From Malacoraja senta (lineage: Eukaryota), in contig JAXLNO010000363.1 in NCBI GenBank assembly GCA_038087875.1, forward strand, positions 62,001-126,000: a stretch of 64,000 nt of DNA, read 5' to 3'. The translations under genes and the position numbers were made by a program. Shown piece by piece: positions 31,264-45,716 of the stretch (position 1 is its first letter; every line of letters begins with the position of its first letter). The notes beneath the pieces were generated by a model, which made no database searches, was not told the DNA's origin, and saw only the letters and a program-made list of their open reading frames with translations.

Positions 31264-31611
31264 CTGAAAAATCATTTCAGTCAGAAAAGCAGTCAGTATT
31301 AAACCCTGCACAAGTCATCGAGTGATGCAGTGTGGAAACAGGCCCTTCCTTCGGCCCAACTTGCCCACACCGGCCACATGCCCCATCTACACTAGTCCAC
31401 AGAGTGATACAGCATGGAAACAGGCCCTTCCTTCAGCCCAACTTGCCCACACGGCCAACATGCCCCATCTACACTAGTCACAGAGTGATACAGCATGGAA
31501 ACAGGCCCTTCCTTCAGCCCAACTTGCCCACACCGGCCAACATGCCCCATCTACACTAGTCACAGAGTGATACAGCATGGAAACAGGCCCTTCCTTCGGC
31601 CCAACTTGCCG

Positions 31612-32225
31612 ATATTCAGCAACCCCAAGTCGGCCGATCTGAGGGACCTGGAGGTGGAGTGGTGGGTGAGAAGACTTTTGATGTAGGTGGGGGCAAGCCC
31701 GTTGAGGGCTTTGTAGACATGGAGGAGGATCTTGAACTTTATGCGGAGCCAGTGGAGAGAGGCCAGGATCGGGGTGATGTGGTCCCTTTTTTCAGGTGCC
31801 CATCAGGAGTCTCGCTGCGATTGGCGTTTTGGACCAGTTGCAGGCGGGACAGGGAAGATTGGCTGATGCCAGTGTAGAGGGAGTTGCAGTAATCTAGGCG
31901 GGAGGAGATAAATGTCTGGATGATCTTTTCCAGGTCATCAAAGTGGAGGAATTGATTTATTTTAGCTCTCGTCCGAAGCTGGAAGAAGCTAGCTTTTACC
32001 ACGGCATTGACCTGTTTGTCAAATTTCAATGCTGAGTCAAATATCACGGCAAGGTTTTTGACGTGAGGTTTGAGTAGTGGGGTAAGGCTTCCAAGGCTGC
32101 CTGCTATCATTTTGATTGAGTCCGAGGGGCCGAGAAGGATGACCTCCAAACTTTAGTTGGAGGAAGTTCTGGGCCATCCAACACTTTCTATCCTCGAGGC
32201 AGCAGGTAAGGTTAAGCAGATTGGA
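31612..32225 (-). mobile_element. L2-clade LINE ORF2 fragment
   Basis: VKNLAVIFDSALKFDKQV...FISSRLDYCNSLYTG...LQLVQNA. Confidence 0.85.
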
Positions 32226-32239
32226 TTGGTTTTTGGGCT

Positions 32240-32452
32240 TCAGACTTTCCCTTGCACTAAATGTTATTCTCTTATCTAGTATCTACATTGTAAATGCCTG
32301 GATTGTAATCCTGTATTGTCTTTCTGCTGGCAGGTTAGCACGCAACAACAGCTTTTCACTGTACCTCAGTACATGGGACAATACAACTCTCAACACCAGC
32401 AAAACAAGGAACTGATTGTGGACTTCGGAATGGGTAGGATAGGGACCCCACA
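32240..32452 (+). mobile_element. LINE 3'-tail plus a short Rex1/Babar-like RT fragment
   Basis: gcttttcactgtacctc tail; LNTSKT(fs)ELIVDF. Confidence 0.55.
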
Positions 32453-32454
32453 GG

Positions 32455-32596
32455 GGAGTGTGTGTGCGTGTGTGTGTGTGTGTGTGTGAGAGAGAGGGAG
32501 GGAGGGAGGGAGGGAGAAAGGGGAGAGAATTGAGATTTGAACATTGTTCAGCTTTTCTCCACACATCACGCAGCAAAGTCTCTCTGACCTGGATCC

Positions 32597-32654
<58 letters not shown>

Positions 32655-32915
32655 CAATGAAGGGGGTAAAACATACTGTGCTGAGTTGAGCAAAGTTTAA
32701 TACTTACAGGGATGAAAGTACAAATTGGCAGAGGGAGGAGAGAGAGAGAGAGAGAGAGAGAAAAGCATTTTGACATTTTTTCTCACTTTTTGGTGACAAA
32801 TATTCCACTTTTTAATTGTCTACAGATCTCAAGAATACGATCCCGGATCTCGCAGGCAGACAGGCAATGACGAGAATTCCGGTGTGGTGAGTGAAAAACA
32901 CACAGTCACACACAC

Positions 32916-33013
<98 letters not shown>

Positions 33014-33037
33014 CTAAACAGGGTGGGGAATGTGTGC

Positions 33038-33076
<39 letters not shown>

Positions 33077-34172
33077 CAGGCTCCCTAATCTCTCTCTCTC
33101 TCTCTCTCTCCCCCCCCTCCCTCCCCCCCGTCACACACACACACACACCCTGAGCCTAGTGACCAGGGACTTTGATATGCCCCTTGAACTCCAGGGCCGA
33201 ACCAGTCTGTCTGTCCCACAGAGCTTTTCCAATTTGACCAAATCTCACAGCAAAACCCGTTTGAAGTCCAATAGCCATTAAGCCCATACATACATGCATT
33301 TCGCTAACCCAACGAACAACAATTCAATTTCATCGTGTTCACAACCGACTCGGAGGGGAAGTCCACTTGGAAACATTGACCCTGATGAACAGAGCCCACA
33401 CACAAGGCTCACCGCCCATCCAATTAACACTAGCAGAGTCACACTCTGCAACATTACTTTCAACCTATTTACAAGGTGAATGTCCAGGTTTTTGCACACA
33501 TCCAATCCATTCTATGCATTTGACAGTATTTGCAAGGCTTCCCATTCTCTGCATGCAAATTGCATCTAAGTTCCAGATTCCCAGGCATCTCTCGGAGTCT
33601 GTCTGTCTGTCTGTCTGTCCCAGAGAGCTTTTCCATTTGACCAAATCTCACAGCAAACCCCGTTTTGAAGTCCAAACACTCTTCTCCTCCTCCTCCTCCT
33701 CAGACGGACAAAGGTTGTGCAGGTGGACTGAAGGTGTGGTAAGTGAGAGAGAAAGAGAGAGAGAGAGAGAGTAGAGAGAGGCTACAGTGGCCGGGGAGGT
33801 GAAATATCCCAATATCTATCCAAAAAGATATCTATTATATTATTGTAATATATATTAATCAAAGATTGATTGATTGATTGATCGATAGATAGATAGATAG
33901 ATAGATAGAGATGGAGAAATACTGCTCAAAACAGGAGAGAGTGTGTATGTGTGTGTGTGTGTGAGAGAGGGAGGGAGGGAGGGAGAAAGGGGAGAGAATT
34001 GAGATTTGAACATTGTTCAGCTTTTCTCCACACATCACGCAGCAAAGTCTCTCTGACCTGGATCCTAGAGAGAGAGAGAGAGAGAGGGGGGCAATGAAGG
34101 GGGTAAAACATACTGTGCTGAGTTGAGCAAAGTTTAATACTTACAGGGGATGAAAGTACAAATTGGCAGAGG

Positions 34173-34210
<38 letters not shown>

Positions 34211-34351
34211 ATTTTGGCCTTTTTTCCTCACTTTTTGGTGACAAATATTCCACTTTTTAATTGTCTACAGATCTCAAGAATACGATCCCGGATCTCGCAG
34301 GCAGACAGGCAATGAACGGAGAATTCCGGTGTGGTGAATGAAAACACACAG

Positions 34352-34406
<55 letters not shown>

Positions 34407-34431
34407 CCTAAACAGGGTGGGGAATGTGTGC

Positions 34432-34470
<39 letters not shown>

Positions 34471-35479
34471 CAGGCTCCCTAATCTCTCTCTCTCTCTCTC
34501 TCTCTCTCTGTCACACACACACACACCCTGAGCCTAGTGACCAGGGACTTTGATATGCCCCTTGAACTCCAGGGCCGAACCAGTCTGTCTGTCCCACAGA
34601 GCTTTTCCAATTTGACCAAATCTCACAGCAAAACCCGTTTTGAAGTCCATTTGACCAAATCTCACAGCAAAACCCGTTTTGAAGTCCAATAGCCATTAAG
34701 CCCATACATAACATGCATTTCCCTCACCCAACGATACAACAATTCAATTTCATCGTATTCACAGCCGACTCGAAGGGGAAGTCCACTTGGAAACATTTAC
34801 CCTGATGAACAGAGCCCACACACGAGGCTCAACCGCCCCATCCAATTAACACTTAGCAGAGTCACACTCTGCAACATTACTTTCAACCTATTTACAAGGT
34901 GAATGTCCAGGTTTTTGCACACATCCAGTCCACTCTATGCATTTGACAGTATTTGCAAGGCTTCCCATTCTCTGCATGCAAATTGCATCTACGTTCCAGA
35001 TTCCCAGGCATCTCTCGGAGTCTGCCTGTCTCTCTGTCCCAGAGAGCTTTTCCCATTTGACCAAATCTCACAGCAAACCCCGTTTTGAAGTCCAAACACT
35101 CTTCTCCTCCTCCTCAGACGGACAAAGGTTGTGCAGGTGGACTGAAGGTGTGGTGAGTGAGAGAGAGAGAGAGAGAGAGAGTAGAGAGAGGGTAGAGAGA
35201 GGCTACAGTGGTAGCCGGGGAGGTGAAATATCCCAATATCTATCCAAAAAGATATCTATTATATTATTGTAATATATATTAATCAAAGATTGATTGATTG
35301 ATTGATAGATAGATAGATAGAGATGGAGAAATACTGCTCAAAACAGGAGAGAGAGTGTGTGTGTGTGTGTGTGTGTGAGAGAGGAGGGAGGGAGGGAGAA
35401 AGGGGAGAGAATTGAGATTTGAACATTGTTCAGCTTTTCTCCACACATCACGCAGCAAAGTCTCTCTGACCTGGATCCT

Positions 35480-35510
<31 letters not shown>

Positions 35511-35592
35511 GCAATGAAGGGGGTAAAACATACTGTGCTGAGTTGAGCAAAGTTTAATACTTACAGGGGATGAAAGTACAAATTGGCAGAGG

Positions 35593-35623
<31 letters not shown>

Positions 35624-35823
35624 CATTTTGGCCTTTTTTCCTCACTTTTTGGTAACAAATCTTCCACTTTTCAATTGTCTACAGATCTCAAGAATACGAT
35701 CCCGGATCTCGCAGGCAGACAGGCAATGAACGGAGAATTCCGGTGTGGTGAATGAAAACACACAGTCACACGCACACACACACACACACACACACAGTCC
35801 TAAACAGGGTGGGGAATGTGTGC

Positions 35824-35862
<39 letters not shown>

Positions 35863-35871
35863 CAGGCTCCC

Positions 35872-35922
<51 letters not shown>

Positions 35923-36731
35923 ACACACACACACACACACACCCTGAGCCTAGTGACCAGGGACTTTGATATGCCCCTTGAACTCCAGGGCCGAACCAGT
36001 CTGTCTGTCCCACAGAGCTTTTCCAATTTGACCAAATCTCACAGCAAAACCCGTTTTGAAGTCCAATAGCCATTAAGCCCATACATAACATGCATTTCCC
36101 TAACCCAACGATACAACAATTCAATTTCATCGTATTCACAGCCGACTCGAAGGGGAAGTCCACTTGGAAACATTGACCCTGATGAACAGAGCCCACACAC
36201 GAGGCTCAACCGCCCCATCCAATTAACACTTAGCAGAGTCACACTCTGCAACATTACTTTCAACCTATTTACAAGGTGAATGTCCAGGTTTTTGCACACA
36301 TCCAATCCATTCTATGCATTTGACAGTATTTGCAAGGCTTTCCATTCTCTGCATGCAAATTGCATCTAAGTTCCAGATTCCCAGGCATCTCTCGGAGTCT
36401 GTCTGTCTGTCTGTCTGTCTGTCCCAGAGAGCTTTTCCCATTTGACCAAATCTCACAGCAAACCCCGTTTTGAAGTCCAAACACTCTTCTCCTCCTCCTC
36501 CTCCTCAGCCGGACAAAGGTTGTGCAGGTGGACTGAAGGTGTGGTGAGTGAGAGAGAAAGAGAGAGAGAGAGAGAGTAGAGAGAGGCTACAGTGGTAGCC
36601 GGGGAGGTGAAATATCCCAATATCTATCCAAAAAGATATCTATTATATTATTGTAATATATATTAATCAAAGATTGATTGATTGATTGATTGATAGATAG
36701 ATAGAGATGGAGAAATACTGCTCAAAACAGG

Positions 36732-36785
<54 letters not shown>

Positions 36786-36986
36786 GGAGGGAGGGAGAAA
36801 GGGGAGAGAATTGAGATTTGAACATTGTTCAGCTTTTCTCCACACATCACGCAGCAAAGTCTCTCTGACCTGGATCCTAGAGAGAGAGAGAGAGAGAGAG
36901 GGGGGCAATGAAGGGGGTAAAACATACTGTGCTGAGTTGAGCAAAGTTTAATACTTACAGGGGATGAAAGTACAAATTGGCAGAGG

Positions 36987-37022
<36 letters not shown>

Positions 37023-37161
37023 ATTTTGGCCTTTTTTCCTCACTTTTTGGTGACAAATATTCCACTTTTTAATTGTCTACAGATCTCAAGAATACGATCC
37101 CGGATCTCGCAGGCAGACAGGCAATGAACGGAGAATTCCGGTGGTGAATGAAAACACACAG

Positions 37162-37252
<91 letters not shown>

Positions 37253-37284
37253 CCTAAACAGGGTGGGGAATGTGTGCAGGCAGA

Positions 37285-37320
<36 letters not shown>

Positions 37321-37329
37321 CAGGCTCCC

Positions 37330-37364
<35 letters not shown>

Positions 37365-37986
37365 ACACACACACACACACCCTGAGCCTAGTGACCAGGG
37401 ACTTTGATATGCCCCTTGAACTCCAGGGCCGAACCAGTCTGTCTGTCCCACAGAGCTTTTCCAATTTGACCAAATCTCACAGCAAAACCCGTTTTGAAGT
37501 CCAATAGCCATTAAGCCCATACATAACATGCATTTCCCTAACCCAACGATACAACAATTCAATTTCATCGTATTCACAGCCGACTCGAAGGGGAAGTCCA
37601 CTTGGAAACATTGACCCTGATGAACAGAGCCCACACACGAGGCTCAACCGCCCCATCCAATTAACACTTAGCAGAGTCACACTCTGCAACATTACTTTCA
37701 ACCTATTTACAAGGTGAATGTCCAGGTTTTTGCACACATCCAATCCATTCTATGCATTTGACAGTATTTGCAAGGCTTCCCATTCTCTGCATGCAAATTG
37801 CATCTAAGTTCCAGATTCCCAGGCATCTCTCGGAGTCTGTCTGTCTGTCTGTCTGTCTGTCCCAGAGAGCTTTTCCCATTTGACCAAATCTCACAGCAAA
37901 CCCCGTTTTGAAGTCCAAACACTCTTCTCCTCCTCCTCCTCCTCCTCAGACGGACAAAGGTTGTGCAGGTGGACTGAAGGTGTGGT

Positions 37987-38034
<48 letters not shown>

Positions 38035-38197
38035 AGAGGGTAGAGAGAGGCTACAGTGGTAGCCGGGGAGGTGAAATATCCCAATATCTATCCAAAAAGA
38101 TATCTATTATATTATTGTAATATATATTAATCAAAGATTGATTGATTGATTGATTGATAGATAGATAGAGATGGAGAAATACTGCTCAAAACAGGAG

Positions 38198-38237
<40 letters not shown>

Positions 38238-38330
38238 GGAGGGAGGGAGAAAGGGGAGAGAATTGAGATTTGAACATTGTTCAGCTTTTCTCCACACATC
38301 ACGCAGCAAAGTCTCTCTGACCTGGATCCT

Positions 38331-38362
<32 letters not shown>

Positions 38363-38624
38363 CAATGAAGGGGGTAAAACATACTGTGCTGAGTTGAGCA
38401 AACTTTAATACTTACAGGGGATGAAAGTACAAATTGGCAGAGGGAGGGAGAGAGAGAGAGAGAGAGAGAAAGCATTTTGGCCTTTTTTCCGCACTTTTTG
38501 GTGACAAATATTCCACTTTTTAATTGTCTACAGATCTCAAGAATACGATCCCGGATCTCGCAGGCAGACAGGCAATGAACGGAGAATTCCGGTGTGGTGA
38601 GTGAAAACACACAGTCACACACAC

Positions 38625-38657
<33 letters not shown>

Positions 38658-38684
38658 GTCCTAAACAGGGTGGGGAATGTGTGC

Positions 38685-38725
<41 letters not shown>

Positions 38726-39688
38726 CAGGCTCCCTAATCTCTCTCTCTCTCTCTCTCTGTCACACACACACACACACACCCTGAGCCTAGTGACCAGGGA
38801 CTTTGATATGCCCCTTGAACTCCAGGGCCGAACCAGTCTGTCTGTCCCACAGAGCTTTTCCAATTTGACCAAATCTCACAGCAAAACCCGTTTGAAGTCC
38901 AATAGCCATTAAGCCCATACATAACATGCATTTCCTCACCAACGATACAACAATTCAATTTCATCGTATTCACAGCCGACTCGAAGGGGAAGTCCACTTG
39001 GAAACATTTACCCTGATGAACAGAGCCACACACGAGGCTCAACCGCCCCATCCAATTAACACTTAGCAGAGTCACACTCTGCAACATTACTTTCAACCTA
39101 TTTACAAGGTGAATGTCCAGGTTTTTTCACACATCCAATCCACTCTATGCATTTGACAGTATTTGCAAGGCTTCCCATTCTCTGCATGCAAATTGCATCT
39201 AAGTTCCAGATTCCCAGGCATCTCTCGGAGCCTGTCTGTCTGTCTCTCTGTCCCAGAGAGCTTTCCCATTTGACCAAATCTCACAGCAAACCCGTTTTGA
39301 AGTCCAAACACTCTTCTTCTTCTCCTCTCCTCCTCAGACGGACAAAGTTGTGCAGGTGGACTGAAGGTGTGGTGAGTGAGAGAGAGAGAGAGAGAGAGTA
39401 GAGAGAGGGTAGAGAGAGGCTACAGTAGTAGCCGGGAGGTGAAATATCCCAATATCTATCCAAAAATATATCTATTATATTATTGTAATATATATTAATC
39501 AAAGATTGATTGATTGATAGATAGACAGATAGATAGATAGAGATGGAGAAATACTGCTCAAAACAGGAGAGAGTGTGTGTGTGTGAGAGAGGGAGGGAGG
39601 GAGGGAGAAAGGGGAGAGAATTGAGATTTGAACATTGTTCAGCTTTTCTCCACACATCACGCAGCAATGTCTCTCTGACCTGGATCCT

Positions 39689-39719
<31 letters not shown>

Positions 39720-40020
39720 CAATGAAGGGGGTAAAACATACTGTGCTGAGTTGAGCAAGTTTAATACTTACAGGGGATGAAAGTACAAATTGGCAGAGGG
39801 AGGGAGAGGGAGAGAGAGAGAGAGAAAGCATTTTGACCTTTTTTCCTCACTTTTTGGTGACAAATATTCCACTTTTTAATTGTCTACAGATCTCAAGAAT
39901 ACGATCCCGGATCTCGCAGGCAGACAGGCAATGAACGGAGAATTCCGGTGTGGTGAGTGAATACACACAGTCACACACACACACACACACACAGTCCTAA
40001 ACAGGGTGGGGAATGTGTGC

Positions 40021-40059
<39 letters not shown>

Positions 40060-41340
40060 CAGGCTCCCTAATCTCTCTCTAGCTCTCTCTCTCTCTCTCT
40101 CTGTCACACACACACACCTGAGCCTAGTGACCAGGGACTTTGATATGCCCCTTGAACTCCAGCGCCGAACCAGTCTGTCTGTCCCACAGAGCTTTTCCAA
40201 TCTGACCAAATCTCACAGCAAAACCCGTTTTGAAGTCCAATAGCCATTAAGCCCATACATAACATGCATTTCCCTAACCCAACGATACAACAATTCAATT
40301 TCATCGTATTCACAGCCGACTCCAAGGGGAAGTGCACTTGGAAACATTGACCCTGATGAACAGAAGCCACACACAAGGCTCAACCGCCCCATCCAATTAA
40401 CACTTAGCAGAGTCACACTCTGCAACATTACTTTCAACCTATTTACAAGGTGAATGTCCAGGTTTTGCACACATCCAATCCACTCTATGCATTTGACAGT
40501 ATTTGCAAGGCTTCCCATTCTCTGCATGCAAATTGCATCTAAGGTTCCAGATTCCAGGCATCTCTTGGAGTCTGTCTGTCTGTCTGTCTCTCTGTCCCAG
40601 AGAGCTTTTCCCATTTGACCAAATCTCACAGCAAACCCCGTTTTGAAGTCCAAACACTCTTCTCCTCCTCCTCCTCCTCCTCAGACGGACAAAGGTTGTG
40701 CAGGTGGACTGAAGGTGTGGTGAGTGAGAGAGGGTTAGAGAGAGGGTAGAGAGAGGCTACAGTGGTAGCCGGGGAGGTGAAATATCCCAATATCTATCCA
40801 AAAAGATATCTATTATATTATTGTAATATATATTAATCAAAGATTGATTGATTGATTGATCGATAGATAGATAGATAGATAGAGATGGAGAAATACTGGT
40901 CAAAACAGGAGAGAGAGTGTGTGTGTGTGTGTGTGTCTGTGTGTGTGTGTGTGTGAGAGAGAGGGAGGAGGGAGGAGGAAAGGGGAGAGAATTGAGATTT
41001 GAACATTGTTCAGCTTTTCTCCACACATCACGCAGCAAAGTCTCTCTGACCTGGATCCTAGAGAGAGAGAGAGAGAGAGAGGGGGGCAATGAAGGGGGTA
41101 AACCATACTGTGCTGAGTTGAGCAAAGTTTAATACTTACAGGGGATGAAAGTACAAATTGGCAGAGGGAGGGAGAGAGAGAGAGAAAGCATTTTGGCCTT
41201 TTTTCCTCACTTTTTGGTGACAAATATTCCACTTTTTAATTGTCTACAGATCTCAAGAATACGATCCAGGATCCCGCAGGCAGACAGGCAATGAACGGAG
41301 AATTCCGGTGTGGTGAGTGAAAACACACAGTCACACACAC

Positions 41341-41371
<31 letters not shown>

Positions 41372-41407
41372 GTCCTAAACAGGGTGGGGAATGTGTGCAG
41401 GCAGAGA

Positions 41408-41459
<52 letters not shown>

Positions 41460-41471
41460 CAGGCTCCCTAA

Positions 41472-41502
<31 letters not shown>

Positions 41503-42716
41503 CTGTCACACACACACACACCCTGAGCCTAGTGACCAGGGACTTTGATATGCCCCTTGAACTCCAGGCCGAACCAGTCTGTCTGTCCACAGAGCTTTTC
41601 CAATTTGACCAAATCTCACAGCAAAACCCGTTTGAAGTCCAATAGCCATTAAGCCCATACATAACATGCATTCCCTCACCAACGATACAACATTTCAATG
41701 TCATCGTATTCACAGCCGACTCGAAGGGGAAGTCCACTTGGAAACATTGACCCTGATGAACAGAGCCCACACACGAGGCTCAACCGCCCATCCATTAACA
41801 CTTAGCAGAGTCACACTCTGCAACATTACTTTCAACCTATTTACAAGGTTGTCCAGGTTTTTGCACACATCCAATCCACTCTATGCATTTGACAGTATTT
41901 GCAAGGCTTCCATTCTCTGCATGCAAATTGCATCTAAGTTCCAGATTCCCAGGCATCTCTCGGAGTCTGTCTGTCTGTCTGTCTGTCCAGAGAACTTTTC
42001 CCATTTGACCAAATCTCACAGCAAACCCGTTTTGAAGTCCAAACACTCTTCTCCTCCTCCTCCTCCTCCAGACGGACAAAGGTTGTGCAGGTGGACTGAA
42101 GGTGTGGTTGAATGAGAGGAGAGAGAGAGAGAGAGAGAGAGGGTAGTAGAGAGAGGCTACAGTGGTAGCCGGGGAGGTGAAATATCCAATATATCCAAAA
42201 AGATATCTATTATATTATTGTAATATATATTAATCAAAGATTGATTGATTGATTGATCGATAGATAGATAGATTGTGATGGAGAAATACTGCTCAAAACA
42301 GGAGAGAGGAGTGTGTGTGTGTGTGTGTGAGAGAGAGAGGGAGGGAGGGAGGGAGAAAGGGGAGAGAATTGAGATTTGAACATTGTTCAGCTTTTCTCCA
42401 CACATCACGCAGCAAAGTCTCTCTGACCTGGATCCTAGAGAGAGAGGAGAGAGAGAGAGAGGGGGGCAATGAAGGGGGTAAAACATACTGTGCTGAGTTG
42501 AGCAAAGTTTAATACTTACAGGGGATGAAAGTACAAATTGGCAGAGGGAGGGAGAGAGAGAGAGAGAGAGAAAGCATTTTGGCCTTTTTTCCTCACTTTT
42601 GGTGACAAATATTCCACTTTTTAATTGTCTACAGATCTCAAGAATACGATCCCGGATCTCGCAGGCAGACAGGCAATGAACGGAGAATTCCGGTGTGGTG
42701 AGTGAAAACACACAGT

Positions 42717-42750
<34 letters not shown>

Positions 42751-42789
42751 CACACACACACAGTCCTAAACAGGGTGGGGAATGTGTGC

Positions 42790-42832
<43 letters not shown>

Positions 42833-42841
42833 CAGGCTCCC

Positions 42842-42890
<49 letters not shown>

Positions 42891-43505
42891 ACACACACAC
42901 ACACCCTGAGCCTAGTGACGAGGGACTTTGATATGCCCCTTGAACTCCAGGGCCGAACCAGTCTGTCTGTCCCACAGACCTTTTCCAATTTGACCAAATC
43001 TCACAGCAAAACACGTTTTGAAGTCCAATAGCCATTAACCCCACACATAACATGCATTTCCCTGACCCAACGATACAACAATTCAATTTCATCGTATTCA
43101 CAGCCGACTCGAAGGGGAAGTCCACTTGGAAACATTTACCCTGATGAACAGAGCCCACACATGAGGCTCAACCGCCCCATCCAATTAACACTTAGCAGAG
43201 TCACACTCTGCAACATTACTTTCAACCTATTTACAAGGTGAATGTCCAGGTTTTTGCACAGATCCAATCCACTCTATGCATTTGACAGTATTTGCAAGGC
43301 TTCCCATTCTCTGCATGCAAATTGCATCTAAGTTCCAGATTCCCAGGCATCTCTCGAGTCTGTCTGTCTGTCTGTCTGTCCCAGAGAGCTTTTCCCATTT
43401 GACCAAATCTCACAGCAAACCCCGTTTTGAAGTCCAAACACTCTTCTCCTCCTCCTCCTCCTCCTCAGACGGACAAAGGTTGTGCAGGTGGACTGAAGGT
43501 GTGGT

Positions 43506-43555
<50 letters not shown>

Positions 43556-43719
43556 AGAGGGTAGAGAGAGGCTACAGTGGTAGCCGGGGAGGTGAAATAT
43601 CCAATATCTATCCAAAAATATATCTATTATATTATTGTAATATATATTAATCAAAGATTGATTGATTGATTGATCGATAGATAGATAGATAGAGATGGAG
43701 AAATACTGCTCAAAACAGG

Positions 43720-43769
<50 letters not shown>

Positions 43770-44211
43770 GGAGGGAGGGAGGGAGAAAGGGGAGAGAATT
43801 GAGATTTGAACATTGTTCAGCTTTTCTCCACACATCACGCAGCAAAGTCTCTCTGACCTGGATCCTAGAGAGAGAGAGAGAGAGAGAGAGGGGGGCAATG
43901 AAGGGGGTAAAACATACTGTGCTGAGTTGAGCAAAGTTTAATACTTACAGGGGATGAAAGTACAAATTGCAGAGGGAGGGAGAGAGAGAGAGAGAGAGAG
44001 AAAGCATTTTGGCCTTTTTTCCTCACTTTTTGGTGACAAATATTCCACTTTTTAATTGTCTACAGATCTCAAGAATATGATCCCGGATCTCGCAGGCAGA
44101 CAGGCAATGAACGGAGAATTCGGTGTGGTGAGTGAAAACACACAGTCACACACACACACGCACACACACTCACACACACACACTGTCCTAAACAGGGTGG
44201 GGAATGTGTGC

Positions 44212-44256
<45 letters not shown>

Positions 44257-44265
44257 CAGGCTCCC

Positions 44266-44302
<37 letters not shown>

Positions 44303-45135
44303 ACACACACACACACCTGAGCCTAGTGACCAGGGACTTTGATATGCCCTTGAACTCCAGGGCCGAACCAGTCTGTCTGTCTGTCCCACAGAGCTTTTCC
44401 AATTTGACCAAATCTCACAGCAAAACCCGTTTTGAAGTCCAATAGCCATTAAGCCCATACATAACATGCATTTCCCCTCACCCAACGATACAACAATTCA
44501 ATTTCATCGTATTCACAGCCGACTCGAAGGGGAAGTCCACTTGGAAACATTTACCCTGATGAACAGAGCCACACACGAGGCTCAACCGCCCCATCCAATT
44601 AACACTTAGCAGAGTCACACTCTGCAACATTACTTTCAACCTATTTACAAGGTGAATGTCCTGGTTTTTGCACACATCCAATCCACTCTATGCATTTGAC
44701 AGTATTTGCAAGGCTTCGCATTCTCTGCATGCAAATTGCATCTAAGTTCCAGATTCCCAGGCATCTCTCGGAGTCTGTCTGTCTGTCTGTCCAGAGAGCT
44801 TTTCCATTTGACCAAATCTCACAGCAAACCCCGTTTTGAAGTCCAAACACTCTTCTCCTCCTCCTCCTCCTCCTCAGACGGACAAAGGTTGTGCAGGTGG
44901 ACTGAAGGTGTGGTGAGTGAGAGAGAGAGAGAGAGAGAGAGAGTAGAGAGAGGGTAGAGAGAGGCTACAGTGGTAGCCGGGGAGGTGAAATATCCAATAT
45001 CTATCCAAAAAGATATCTATTATATTATTGTAATATATATTATCAAAGATTGATTGATTGATTGATCGATAGATAGATAGATAGATAGATAGATAGAGAT
45101 GGAGAAATACTGCTCAAAACAGGAGAGAGTGTGGG

Positions 45136-45180
<45 letters not shown>

Positions 45181-45558
45181 GGAGGGAGGGAGGGAGAAAG
45201 GGAGAGAATTGAGATTTGAACATTGTTCAGCTTTTCTCCAGCACATCACGCAGCAAAGTCTCTCTGACCTGGATCCTAGAGAGGAGAGAGAGAGAGAGAG
45301 GGGGGCAATGAAGGGGGTAAAACATACTGTGCTGAGTTGAGCAAAGTTTAATACTTACAGGGGATGAAAGTACAAATTGGCAGAGGGAGGGAGAGAGAGA
45401 GAGAGAGAGAGAAAGCATTTTGGCCTTTTTTCCTCAATTTTTGGTGACCAATATTCCACTTTTTAATTGTCTACAGATCTCAAGAATACGATCCCGGATC
45501 TCGCAGGCAGACAGGCAATGAACGGAGAATTCCGGTGTGGTGAGTGAAAACACACAGT

Positions 45559-45594
<36 letters not shown>

Positions 45595-45633
45595 CACACA
45601 CACACAGTCCTAAACAGGGTGGGGAATGTGTGC

Positions 45634-45670
<37 letters not shown>

Positions 45671-45679
45671 CAGGCTCCC

Positions 45680-45716
<37 letters not shown>

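Noticed and set aside
36166..36210. CTGATGA plus a small stem in the macrosatellite core (hammerhead or C-box?)
   Set aside because: No GAAA after stem II, no NUH/stem I in a valid permutation, and no D box (CTGA) at snoRNA distance.
36286..36315. GGTTTTTGC + 12 nt + ca(c/t)tcta resembling a V(D)J recombination signal
   Set aside because: The essential CAC of the heptamer is absent, and there are no V/J segments.
36951..36966. atacttacagggga resembling the U1 snRNA 5' end, with an octamer elsewhere in the unit
   Set aside because: Only 8 nt match; no U1 body or Sm site.
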